Of a stretch of DNA of 19,472 nucleotides, positions 11,150 through 19,081 are shown in pieces (position 1 is the stretch's first letter; the number at the start of each line of letters is the position of its first letter). The stretch spans positions 1 through 19,472 of the forward strand of contig CAXBMO010000047.1 of the NCBI GenBank assembly GCA_963977015.1. Reading direction: 5' to 3'. A program made the position numbers and the translations under genes. The stretch comes from an uncultured bacterium. GTDB taxonomy: Bacteria > Verrucomicrobiota > Verrucomicrobiia > Verrucomicrobiales > DEV007. The notes beneath the pieces were generated by a model that was not told the origin of the DNA, made no database searches, and was given only the letters and a program-made list of their open reading frames with translations.

Positions 11150-11839
11150 ATGAAAACTACCCTAATTTGCACCATTCTGTCAGGTTTGATCCTGCAACTC
11201 GTGGCCGCCGGACCGGTTCCCAAACCCCTGGAGATGTTTCCCGGAAAATCCGACCTGGAAGCGGCGGTTTATCCTCTGGGTTGGGCCAACAACGGCACCC
11301 ACATCGCGCTTCTCATTGCCCAGCCGAACGAAGCCGCTGACGAGCGGAATTGGGAAGTCGTCATCACCGATTTGGCGAGCGACAAGGTCGTATTTACGAA
11401 GGCGATTCAGTATCCGGCCGAGGCTGGATTCGCGAGATTCTGGTCCGAGCACGGGAATGCCGTGGAAGCCGCCTGCCGTGAGCAAGGCGTTGAGAGAGTG
11501 GCGATGCGGGTTCATCCCTTTCCCGCGCTTCTGGGGCGAAATGGTCAGGACATTTACGAGGCGCATCTTGGAACCCACTGGAAGGAGGAACCCAATTTTC
11601 TCTACGATGGAATCAATAAGCTGGAACTGAAGCTGTCGAATGAGGGGAAGGAGAAAACGATTTTGGAGAAGTCATGGCCGCAATGGTTTCCGCTTTCGGC
11701 GAGCCTGGTTGGTTATATTCCGAATCCTGAGGGAACCCGAATCGCCGTGTTGTTGAGCTTGGTGGAGCGCGGTTATGAAGGACCGCCCCACACCCGTCAC
11801 GTCTTGATTACCGGATCCCGGGTTGGCGAGCGGTTCTAG
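11150..11839 (+). CDS. Hypothetical exported protein
   Basis: 229-aa ORF with a signal-peptide-like N-terminus (MKTTLICTILSGLILQLVAA); fills the gap between two confident genes. Confidence 0.75.
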   Translation: MKTTLICTILSGLILQLVAAGPVPKPLEMFPGKSDLEAAVYPLGWANNGTHIALLIAQPNEAADERNWEVVITDLASDKVVFTKAIQYPAEAGFARFWSEHGNAVEAACREQGVERVAMRVHPFPALLGRNGQDIYEAHLGTHWKEEPNFLYDGINKLELKLSNEGKEKTILEKSWPQWFPLSASLVGYIPNPEGTRIAVLLSLVERGYEGPPHTRHVLITGSRVGERF

Positions 11840-11845
11840 CTGGGG

Positions 11846-14800
11846 CTAACCTTTCGAAATCGCCTCATCGAGATTGAGGAGGATGTTGGCGATGTAAAAC
11901 CACGCCGCCAGTTCCGAAGGCGAACCCTTGAACTGCGGCCTCACGACTTTCGCCGGCTCGGCAATAAGCTGATTCGCGCTCTCCGGCGTCAACTCTGACA
12001 TTTTGCCCTGGTATAGCGTCTGCAAATGATGAAGCTCCGCGTTTGTGGCGGGCCGCTGCAGGGCGAGTTGGAACGCATGGTGGAGACGTGCTTGAAAGTC
12101 GGAACCCGGCGCGGTCGTCAGAACGCGGTCCGCCAATCCCAGCGCCATTTCGATATAAGCCGGATCGTTGAGCAGAGTGAGCGCCTGCAGTGGCGTGTTG
12201 GTTCGGCCACGTTTTACGGTGCACGCTCCGCGATCAGTCGCGTCAAAGCTGACGAAACTGGGGTAGGGGGCCGCCCGGCGATAGACGATGTAGATTCCGC
12301 GGCGAAAGCGATTTTCGTCCTTCGCATCAATCCATTTCGGCTCGTTGCGACCGACTTGGCGCCACATTCCCGGCGGTTGATACGGCATGACTGGTTCGCC
12401 ACCCATCCTGGTCGAGAGCAGCCCGCTTGCCGCCAAGCCATGGTCGCGAATCCCCTCTGCGCTCAGGCGGAACCGTGGGCCTCGCGCATAAAAATGATTC
12501 ATCGGGTCGACCTGCTTCAAATCGGGACGCATGCGCGAGTCCTGCCGGTAGGTTGAACTCAGCACGATCTTCCTCAGCACCTGTTTCATGTTCCAACCGC
12601 TCTCCATGAATTCCACGGCAAGCCAATCGAGCAACTCGGGATGCGTGGGAGGCTCGGATTGGGTACCAAAATCTTCGAGAGTCGCGACGATTCCGTGTCC
12701 AAAAATCTCGTTCCACCAACGATTGACGGCGACGCGTGCGACCAGTGGATTGTCCGTGCTGACTAACCATTGAGCAAAGCCGAGACGGTTCCCCGGCAGC
12801 CCCGGATCCAGCGGATGAAGGATTGCCGGTGTCGCCATCTCAACTTTCTCCGCCGGATTCAGATAATTGCCGCGTTTCATTACACGGGTCTCACGCATTT
12901 CCTCTTGTTCCACCATCACTAGGGTTGTGTCCGGTTCGATGCCGGAAAGCTTGCGCTTCGTCTCCGCGATCTGACGGTTGAGCTTGGCCAACTCCGGGTT
13001 CTCATCCAGGAAGAAATCGTCGAGGGTTTTCTTGTCCTTCGCGGAACGCTTTCCGGCTTCCGTCTTGATGATGTTGGCAATGTTTTCCGGAATGCTGATC
13101 GCGATGGGATCTCCCTTCAACACCGCCAACCGCAGTCGCCCGATCACCCGGCTGCCGCCGTAAAACTGGTCGAGTTCGATCCTCAAGCCTTCGCGGGAAT
13201 TCACGGGATGATCCGTCTTGAAGGCAATCCAGTGATCCTTGCCAAATTCCGGGTTGATCGCCCAGGCGCTGCGCGGCTGATTATCTCCGTCGATCGCCAG
13301 ATTGGGATCAAAGTAGGGCTGCGAGTAGTCGGCGACACCACCGGAGAGGCCGACTTCCTTCCCGTTTGCATCGAGCAACCGGAACTCGGTCAGCACAATG
13401 TTAGGGCGACTGCCATTGCCGCGGGCGGGGCCATTTGCCGGCAACGATTCGTCGGCGAGAACTTCGAGCCGAATCGCCCCGGCCTCCTGGAGATCGCCCT
13501 TGGCTCGAATCGTGTAGCTGGACTTGTCAGGAACCTTGCCCGTTACCAAAATCGATCCGTCATCCAACGGTTTGAATCCTTCTCCTTCGCTTCCGGCAAA
13601 GTGCTCAATCTGCAACGCCTCCCAGGATGGCTCCCGGGCGACGCGTTCCCGCAACGACTCCTCCCAAGCGTGACGGTTCTGGTTTGCGGCCTTTGCGATT
13701 GGCTTGCGCTGCGCTTCCAAAGCCGCCAACCCGGCTTGCAGCGCCTGACGTTTTGCCGCGTCATCCGAACTCATGGGAAGCTCCATTTTCGGACCGTAGA
13801 AGTCGAAACTCACTCCCTTGCCACTCGGATTACGAACCTCCACCGGTGTCTGATTGAAGTAAGCAAACATCGAGTAGTAGTCCTTCATCGTGAACGGATC
13901 ATACTTGTGGTCGTGACATTGGGCGCACTCCATCGTCGATCCGAGCCACACCGTTCCCGTCGTGTTCACGCGATCCACCACCTGGTCGACGCGATTCGCT
14001 TCCGGGTGAACGCCCGCTTCCACGTTGCAGGTCACGGTCCGGTGGAAGCCGGTCGCGATCTTTTGCTCCAACGTTGCGTTGGGGAGCAAGTCACCGGCCA
14101 GTTGCTCGATGGTGAATTGATCGTAGGGCATGTTAGCATTGAGCGCATCGATGACCCAATCGCGATAAGCCCACGAATCGCGAAGCTGGTCGGCCTGAAA
14201 GCCGTTCGAATCCGCATAGCGCGCCAGATCCAGCCAGGGACGCGCCCATTTTTCCCCAAATCGTGGCGAATCCAGAAGTCGATCGACCAGGGCTTCATAC
14301 GCCTTCTCCGAATCGGTCTCCCAAGCGGTCAGAAATGCCTGCAATTCTTCGGGAGAAGGCGGCAGCCCCGTCAAATCCAGCGAAACGCGGCGCATCAATT
14401 GATTGGGTGGGGCTTCGGCGCTTGGCGTCAGACCCAGTTCCTTCAATCGGCTGAGCACATGGCCGTCAATGGCATTGCGAGCCGGGAAATGGGGAGCTTC
14501 AGCCTTTGGAACGTCTGCCTTTTCCGGCTTCACATACGCCCAGTGTTTCGCATAGTTCGCGCCCTGTTCGATCCATCGTTTCAAGACGGTTTTTTGCGTG
14601 TCGGAAAGGGGTTTCTTCGCCTTCGGTGGCGGCATGATTTCGTCCGGATCGTCCGTCTCCACCCGAAGCCAAACTTCGCTTTCATCCGGGCGCTGGGCCA
14701 TCAGCGCAAAATAGCCGCCAAAATCCTTCTTCGCCTCCGCTTCAAGATCGAGCCGCAGATCCGCCTCTCGGGCTTCCGCATCCGGACCGTGGCAGGCGTA

Positions 14801-14911
14801 GCAATACTCACTCAGAATCGGCCGAACATCCCGATTGAAGTCCACGTTTTGGGCATGTCCTGGAGCCACAAGCAGCGCGGCGGCAAAAAGCTGGGGAAAA
14901 ACCAATCTCAT
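11846..14911 (-). CDS. PSD1 and planctomycete cytochrome c domain protein (PSCyt1, DUF1549, DUF1553)
   Basis: [43 protein letters not shown] (two CxxCH motifs); [24 protein letters not shown]. Signal peptide from ATG 14911. Confidence 0.95.
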   Translation of the reverse strand: MRLVFPQLFAAALLVAPGHAQNVDFNRDVRPILSEYCYACHGPDAEAREADLRLDLEAEAKKDFGGYFALMAQRPDESEVWLRVETDDPDEIMPPPKAKKPLSDTQKTVLKRWIEQGANYAKHWAYVKPEKADVPKAEAPHFPARNAIDGHVLSRLKELGLTPSAEAPPNQLMRRVSLDLTGLPPSPEELQAFLTAWETDSEKAYEALVDRLLDSPRFGEKWARPWLDLARYADSNGFQADQLRDSWAYRDWVIDALNANMPYDQFTIEQLAGDLLPNATLEQKIATGFHRTVTCNVEAGVHPEANRVDQVVDRVNTTGTVWLGSTMECAQCHDHKYDPFTMKDYYSMFAYFNQTPVEVRNPSGKGVSFDFYGPKMELPMSSDDAAKRQALQAGLAALEAQRKPIAKAANQNRHAWEESLRERVAREPSWEALQIEHFAGSEGEGFKPLDDGSILVTGKVPDKSSYTIRAKGDLQEAGAIRLEVLADESLPANGPARGNGSRPNIVLTEFRLLDANGKEVGLSGGVADYSQPYFDPNLAIDGDNQPRSAWAINPEFGKDHWIAFKTDHPVNSREGLRIELDQFYGGSRVIGRLRLAVLKGDPIAISIPENIANIIKTEAGKRSAKDKKTLDDFFLDENPELAKLNRQIAETKRKLSGIEPDTTLVMVEQEEMRETRVMKRGNYLNPAEKVEMATPAILHPLDPGLPGNRLGFAQWLVSTDNPLVARVAVNRWWNEIFGHGIVATLEDFGTQSEPPTHPELLDWLAVEFMESGWNMKQVLRKIVLSSTYRQDSRMRPDLKQVDPMNHFYARGPRFRLSAEGIRDHGLAASGLLSTRMGGEPVMPYQPPGMWRQVGRNEPKWIDAKDENRFRRGIYIVYRRAAPYPSFVSFDATDRGACTVKRGRTNTPLQALTLLNDPAYIEMALGLADRVLTTAPGSDFQARLHHAFQLALQRPATNAELHHLQTLYQGKMSELTPESANQLIAEPAKVVRPQFKGSPSELAAWFYIANILLNLDEAISKG

Positions 14912-15064
14912 CCTCCGAACACACGGGAATTCGAGGAGACATCTTACGCGACCGCAACCTCGGTAGAGTGAATCCTGCACCATTCATCGGCAAGGCGCCC
15001 GGAGAAGCTTCGGCTCCAGAAGTTGTCAAAGAATTCTACTCGGGCTCATAAAATCACCTAACCG

Positions 15065-15094
15065 TTGACGTGCCCGCTCGATGGACTCTAGAAT
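15065..15094 (+). promoter_or_regulatory. Sigma70-type promoter of the receptor/DGR-target gene
   Basis: TTGACG (15065-15070), 18-bp spacer, TAGAAT (15089-15094); each hexamer is 5/6 to consensus. ATG 15081 lies in the spacer, which favours ATG 15120 as the start. Confidence 0.65.
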
Positions 15095-15119
15095 CCCACT
15101 GCAAACGCAGGCTTGGACC

Positions 15120-18100
15120 ATGGAAGCAGATTCGCAGATCAACACTCCTACCGAACCCAAAACCCTCCGCATCTTCATCTCCTCACCGGGCGATGTGAAC
15201 GCGGAGCGGGATAAGGCGAAGCAGGTCATCGCCCAGCTTCAGAAGTGGTATGGGTCGTCGGTTAGGTTGGTGCCGGTGTTGTGGGAGGATCTGCCGTTGG
15301 AGATCAACGCCTCATTCCAGGATGGGATCGACGTGATTCTTTCCGGCGACAAAGGAATCGACATCGCCGTTTTCATCCTCTGGAGCCGGATTGGGACGCC
15401 GGTCACGATTGGCGACAAGCATTACAACTCCGGGACGGAACGCGAATTCGATCTCATGCTTCAGGCGCTCGACTCCAGCGGCGGGGAACGGCCCGATATC
15501 ATTTTCTACCGGCGGGACGACGATGATGGCTTCAAACGCAGGCTCACCGGCGAAGGTAATTCCGCGGAGATCCGGGAGATGCTCAACCAGAGTGAGCTGG
15601 CCCAATCCTTCGTCCAAGAGCATTTCTGGGATGAGCACGGCCAGAACAACCGCGCTTACCATTCCTTCCACCAGCCGGTCGAGTTCGCCGGACGGCTCAA
15701 GGTCCACCTTCAGGGTCTGATCGACAAACGCCTGGAGAATTTCGGCTTGAGCCGGGAAGCGACCTGGGCGGACGCCCCGTATCGCGGGTTGGAAACCTTT
15801 GATCTTCAACACGCCGACATCTTCTTCGGGCGTGAGCGGGAAATCGTGGAACTGGAGAGCCGACTGAGGGAACGCGAGCGAGCCGCGGACTCCGCCGAAA
15901 CGTATTCCGGACATTTGTCCGGAAATTCCCCTGGCCCGGCCTCCGGACAAATGTCCGGAGTACAGCCACCCACCGCCTTCGTCGCCGTGATCGGGGCGAG
16001 CGGCTCCGGCAAATCTTCCCTCGTCCGCGCCGGTCTCCGCGCCAACCTGACTCGGTTCAACCTGGATGAATCCATCTCCGAATGGCGTTCCATGGTCATG
16101 ATGCCCGCCCAGTCCGCAGGAAACCCGATCTCCCACCTCCTCGATTGCCTCGTCCAGCCCGGCGCATTGCCCGAACTGAAAGAGTCGGGCATCCCGCTCC
16201 CCGAAATCGCCCAGAACCTCGCCGAATCGCCCAAACCTACCGTCAACCTCACGATTAAGCCCGCGCTGTTACGCGATTCAAGGAGAGGCGACAATCCTGT
16301 CGCCCCCGGAGCCTTGGCCGATGAAGCCGGACCGACGCAGGCGACAGGATTGTCGCCTCTCCCTGCGCAAAAACTCCTCATCATCATCGACCAGTTCGAA
16401 GAACTGTTCACCGACAAACGCATCTCCGGCGAATCCCGCGACGCCTTCCTCACTACCCTCGAAGCCCTCGCCCAATCCGGCCTCTGCTGGGTCGTCATCA
16501 CGATGCGGAGCGATTTCTACCCCGTGGCCCAGAAATCGGAGATTTTTCTCCGCCTCAAGGGAGAAACCGGCCAGTTCGATCTCCTCGCCCCCGGCCCGGA
16601 AGCCCTCCGCCGCATCATCACCGAACCGGCTCGCATGGCGGGCCTCCACTTCGAGCGCCGCGCCCCGGAACTCGGCGGCCAGAGCGTCGTCGGCAAGATC
16701 CTGGAAGACGCCAAGAACCAGCCGGACATGCTCCCGCTGCTCTCCGACCTGCTCCTGGAACTCTACCAGCGCCGCACCCCGGAGAACCTGGTCACCTTCG
16801 CCGCCTACGAATCGCTCGGGGATCCCGCCAAGGGCGTCACCGGCCTGGAAGGCGCCTTGAGCACCCGCGCCGACAAGGAGTTCGACAAGCTGACCCCGGA
16901 GCAGCAAAAGACCTGCCCGGAAATCCTCCACGCCCTCGTCACCGTCGAGGCGGATGCCGACGTGCGCCGCCGCGCTAACCTCGCCGCCCTCAAGGACACC
17001 CCGCAGAAAACCGCCCTGGTCGATGCCTTCATCAACGCCCGTCTCCTCACTGCCGACGGCCCGAGCGTTTCCCTGGCCCACGAGGCACTTCTCCGAAAAT
17101 GGGACCGCGTCGCCGACTGGGTCCGCGACAACCGCCAGCACCTCCGGATCCGTTCCCGCGTCGAGCAAGCGATGCGCCGCTGGCAAAGCCGCAACCAGCA
17201 TTCCTCGCTCCTGTTGCCCCGAGGTTTGGAGTTGGCGGAGGGCCTCGGCCTGCTTCGGCAGGCACCACACCTGCTGGCCGGGAAAGAGTATGACCCGGTA
17301 CGCGACTACATAAGGCGTTCCAAACGGCGTCATTTCTGGCGACGATTTTGGCTCTGGACGGTGATCCTCGCGATAGCGGGATTCGCCCTGATCGTAGGCT
17401 TCCTCGGCCTATTTCTCGTTCTGTTGGGGATAGGTGCTCCCAGTGATATGGAATTGAAAGACTACCATGAGGAGGTTTATGAAGGGGACGTGCAGATGCC
17501 TGAGCCACCGCCCCTTCTGGATGACCCACAGGCGGCGGTAAGGCCGTTTCATCGCTTTAAAAATCGTGTCGGCATCGAAATGATGTGGTGTTGGCCTGGT
17601 ACCTTTACCATGGGCCGCCCTCGCGATGAACCTGGTCGTTTCGACGAGGAAGCGTCGCGGGATGTTCGCCTGACTCGCGGTTTTTGGATGGCGCGAACCG
17701 AGGTAACCCAGGGGCAGTGGAGCAAACTGATGGCAGAGAATCCCAGCCTCTTCCGTTTCAGCAAACGTCATCCGGTGGAGCGCGTGAGTTGGAATGGCGC
17801 GACGACGTTTTGCCGTCACCTGACCGAGTTGGAAAGATCAACGGGCACCATTCCGATCCACTGGGAATACACCCTGCCTACTGAGGCGCAGTGGGAATAC
17901 GCCTGCCGGGCGGGGAGTTCCGCTCCGTTTTCCGGGCCCAGTTTGGCAGAGATGGGGTGGTACTTACACAACGCCTTTCTTCATACTCATCCAGTGGGAT
18001 TGAAGAAGTCCAACCGCTGGGGCTTCTACGACATGCACGGCAACGTCTTTGAATGGTGTCTGGACGGCTACGGTAATTACGATCCTAAGCAAACCAAGGA

Positions 18101-18272
18101 CCCGTTTTCAGATCCTAGGCAGGCCACGAACCGGGTGCACCGGGGCGGCAGTTGGATCAACGGCGCGTCCGGCTGCCGGTCGGCGAGCCGCTACGGGAGC
18201 GGCCCGGGCAGCCGGAGCAACGGCGCCCTGGGTTTTCGCCCAGTCCTTACTCAGGTCCGCCCACAGGAATAG
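15120..18272 (+). CDS. DUF4062 (TIR-like) - nSTAND1 NTPase - TM - FGE-sulfatase (C-type lectin fold) protein; probable DGR target
   Basis: RIFISSPGDV..ER, ILWSRIGT and SGTEREF (DUF4062). PYRGLETF..FFGRE, Walker A GASGSGKSS, Walker B IIIDQFEELF, TMRSDF and AHEALLRKW (nSTAND1). TM helix about 17346-17438. GTFTMG, TEVTQGQW, LPTEAQWEYACRAG, YDMHGNVFEW and RGGSW...LGFR (FGE-sulfatase). Confidence 0.93.
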   Translation: MEADSQINTPTEPKTLRIFISSPGDVNAERDKAKQVIAQLQKWYGSSVRLVPVLWEDLPLEINASFQDGIDVILSGDKGIDIAVFILWSRIGTPVTIGDKHYNSGTEREFDLMLQALDSSGGERPDIIFYRRDDDDGFKRRLTGEGNSAEIREMLNQSELAQSFVQEHFWDEHGQNNRAYHSFHQPVEFAGRLKVHLQGLIDKRLENFGLSREATWADAPYRGLETFDLQHADIFFGREREIVELESRLRERERAADSAETYSGHLSGNSPGPASGQMSGVQPPTAFVAVIGASGSGKSSLVRAGLRANLTRFNLDESISEWRSMVMMPAQSAGNPISHLLDCLVQPGALPELKESGIPLPEIAQNLAESPKPTVNLTIKPALLRDSRRGDNPVAPGALADEAGPTQATGLSPLPAQKLLIIIDQFEELFTDKRISGESRDAFLTTLEALAQSGLCWVVITMRSDFYPVAQKSEIFLRLKGETGQFDLLAPGPEALRRIITEPARMAGLHFERRAPELGGQSVVGKILEDAKNQPDMLPLLSDLLLELYQRRTPENLVTFAAYESLGDPAKGVTGLEGALSTRADKEFDKLTPEQQKTCPEILHALVTVEADADVRRRANLAALKDTPQKTALVDAFINARLLTADGPSVSLAHEALLRKWDRVADWVRDNRQHLRIRSRVEQAMRRWQSRNQHSSLLLPRGLELAEGLGLLRQAPHLLAGKEYDPVRDYIRRSKRRHFWRRFWLWTVILAIAGFALIVGFLGLFLVLLGIGAPSDMELKDYHEEVYEGDVQMPEPPPLLDDPQAAVRPFHRFKNRVGIEMMWCWPGTFTMGRPRDEPGRFDEEASRDVRLTRGFWMARTEVTQGQWSKLMAENPSLFRFSKRHPVERVSWNGATTFCRHLTELERSTGTIPIHWEYTLPTEAQWEYACRAGSSAPFSGPSLAEMGWYLHNAFLHTHPVGLKKSNRWGFYDMHGNVFEWCLDGYGNYDPKQTKDPFSDPRQATNRVHRGGSWINGASGCRSASRYGSGPGSRSNGALGFRPVLTQVRPQE
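15902..15963. repeat. REP-doublet-like palindromic element inserted in frame in the CDS
   Basis: GTATTCCGGACATTTGTCCGGA (15902-15923) and TCCGGACAAATGTCCGGAGTAC (15942-15963) are reverse complements at 21/22 positions; each arm is itself a hairpin. Confidence 0.85.
16282..16362. repeat. Second REP-doublet-like palindromic element inserted in frame in the CDS
   Basis: GGAGAGGCGACAATCCTGTCGCC (16282-16304) and GGCGACAGGATTGTCGCCTCTCC (16340-16362) form a perfect 23-bp inverted repeat; each arm holds a GGCGACA-N4-TGTCGCC hairpin. Confidence 0.88.
18129..18245 (+). other. Putative DGR variable region (VR) with its 3' IMH-like end
   Basis: Last part of the CLec domain. The non-scaffold positions are almost all NNC codons (CAC, ATC, AAC, GGC, TCC, GGC, AGC, TAC, AGC, GGC, GGC, AGC, AGC, AAC, GGC, GCC), as expected from AAC templates. 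None of the 37 codons in 18129-18239 ends in A. An HRDC gene lies downstream. The template repeat is not in the window. Confidence 0.75.
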
Positions 18273-18279
18273 GAGCGGA

Positions 18280-18360
18280 GCCTTCCGCGCCGTAGGTCGG
18301 ACCGAGCGAGGGACGAGCGGCCCGACGGAGGAGGGCGGTCAGGCATGCGGCGTTGAAGGC
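18280..18360. other. Nested GC-rich stem-loop just after the VR (candidate DGR homing cis-element)
   Basis: Outer arms GCCTTCCGCGCCG (18280-18292) / CGGCGTTGAAGGC (18348-18360), 11/13. Inner arms GTCGGACCG (18296-18304) / CGGCCCGAC (18318-18326), 8/9, with a 13-nt purine-rich loop. No U-tract. Confidence 0.55.
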
Positions 18361-18418
18361 GGAGCGGCGCGTACTTTGCGCTTGAATTCTTGCGAAGCGG
18401 TAGAGCGTTAGGGTCATC

Positions 18419-19066
18419 ATGGCATTCCAATACTTCCAAATCCCGGCGGCGGACGGCGAGTCTGTCCAGGCCGAGTTAAACGCGTTTCTGGCCGGGAAAA
18501 AGGTCATCCGCCTGGAGCAGCACTTTGTGGCCGAAGGGGCGAGTTCCTTCTGGGCGGTCTCGGTCCAATACAGCGCAGGTTCTGGTCCGAGCGGCAACGC
18601 CGCGAAGCGGTCGGCCCCGTTCAAGAATCAGGTCGATTACCGGGAAATCCTCTCCCCGGAAGATTTCACGATTTACGACCGGCTGCGTCGCCTGCGCAAA
18701 CAGCTGGCCAAAGACGAGGGGCTGGAGGTCTCGGCAGGATGGGCCGATTGGGACGGGCGGCCAAAGGGAAGGAACGGGGCGGAAAGTCGCTTCGCCGATT
18801 TGGAGATGCGGCGCTTTTTCCGGCTGGAGGCATTGTTCGGGGCTGTGTGAGGAAGCTCATCGCCGCCCCGAGCCGCAACCTCCAGCCGAAAAAATCGCTC
18901 GCAGCCCGCCTCGCCCCAATCGTCCCACCCAGCCGCAACCTGTTCAGCAACGAGCAACTGGCCGCGATGGTGACCGAGCAGGTAAGAACCCCCCGCCGAC
19001 CTGCGCAAGATCAACGGGATCGGCGACATCAAGTTGGAGCAATACGGCGCGGAGTTTCTCGACGCC
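18419..19066 (+). pseudogene. HRDC-domain protein (DGR accessory type), disrupted by a hairpin insertion and a +1 frameshift
   Basis: Reconstructed from three pieces: MAFQYFQIP...ELNAFL...VDYREILSPEDFTIYDRLRRLRKQLAKDEGLEV (18419-18730); NLFSNEQLAAMVTEQVRTP (18937-18993); then, after an extra C in the C6 run at 18989-18994, ADLRKINGIGDIKLEQYGAEFLDA (18995-19066). Confidence 0.85.
18732..18935. mobile_element. ~204-bp MITE-like long-hairpin insertion in the HRDC gene
   Basis: Terminal arms 18732-18760 / 18906-18935 match at about 25/30. Inner arms 18807-18843 / 18865-18903. Lies exactly between two contiguous HRDC segments. No clear target-site duplication. Confidence 0.65.
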
Positions 19067-19081
19067 CGTACCCTCGGGAAA

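Noticed and set aside
15081-15119. ORF-track start at ATG 15081 (also the longer starts at 4124, 5001, 9541, 11117 and 14983)
   Set aside because: These lie within a promoter spacer, overlap neighbouring genes, or precede an obvious signal peptide or domain start.
17570-18272. Catalytic formylglycine-generating enzyme
   Set aside because: The catalytic Cys pair of true FGE (in the RGGS...C...C region) is not present as such; the domain is fused to signalling modules and ends in a VR-like segment.
18419-18850. Intact 143-aa gene, with 18739-19089 and 19034-19357 as separate genes
   Set aside because: Each is part HRDC and part read-through into palindromic inserts; treated as one pseudogene.
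18732-18935. Self-splicing intron or programmed translational bypass restoring HRDC
   Set aside because: No group I/II intron hallmarks seen; removing the insert leaves a base missing, and a second frameshift lies downstream. Decay is the simpler explanation.
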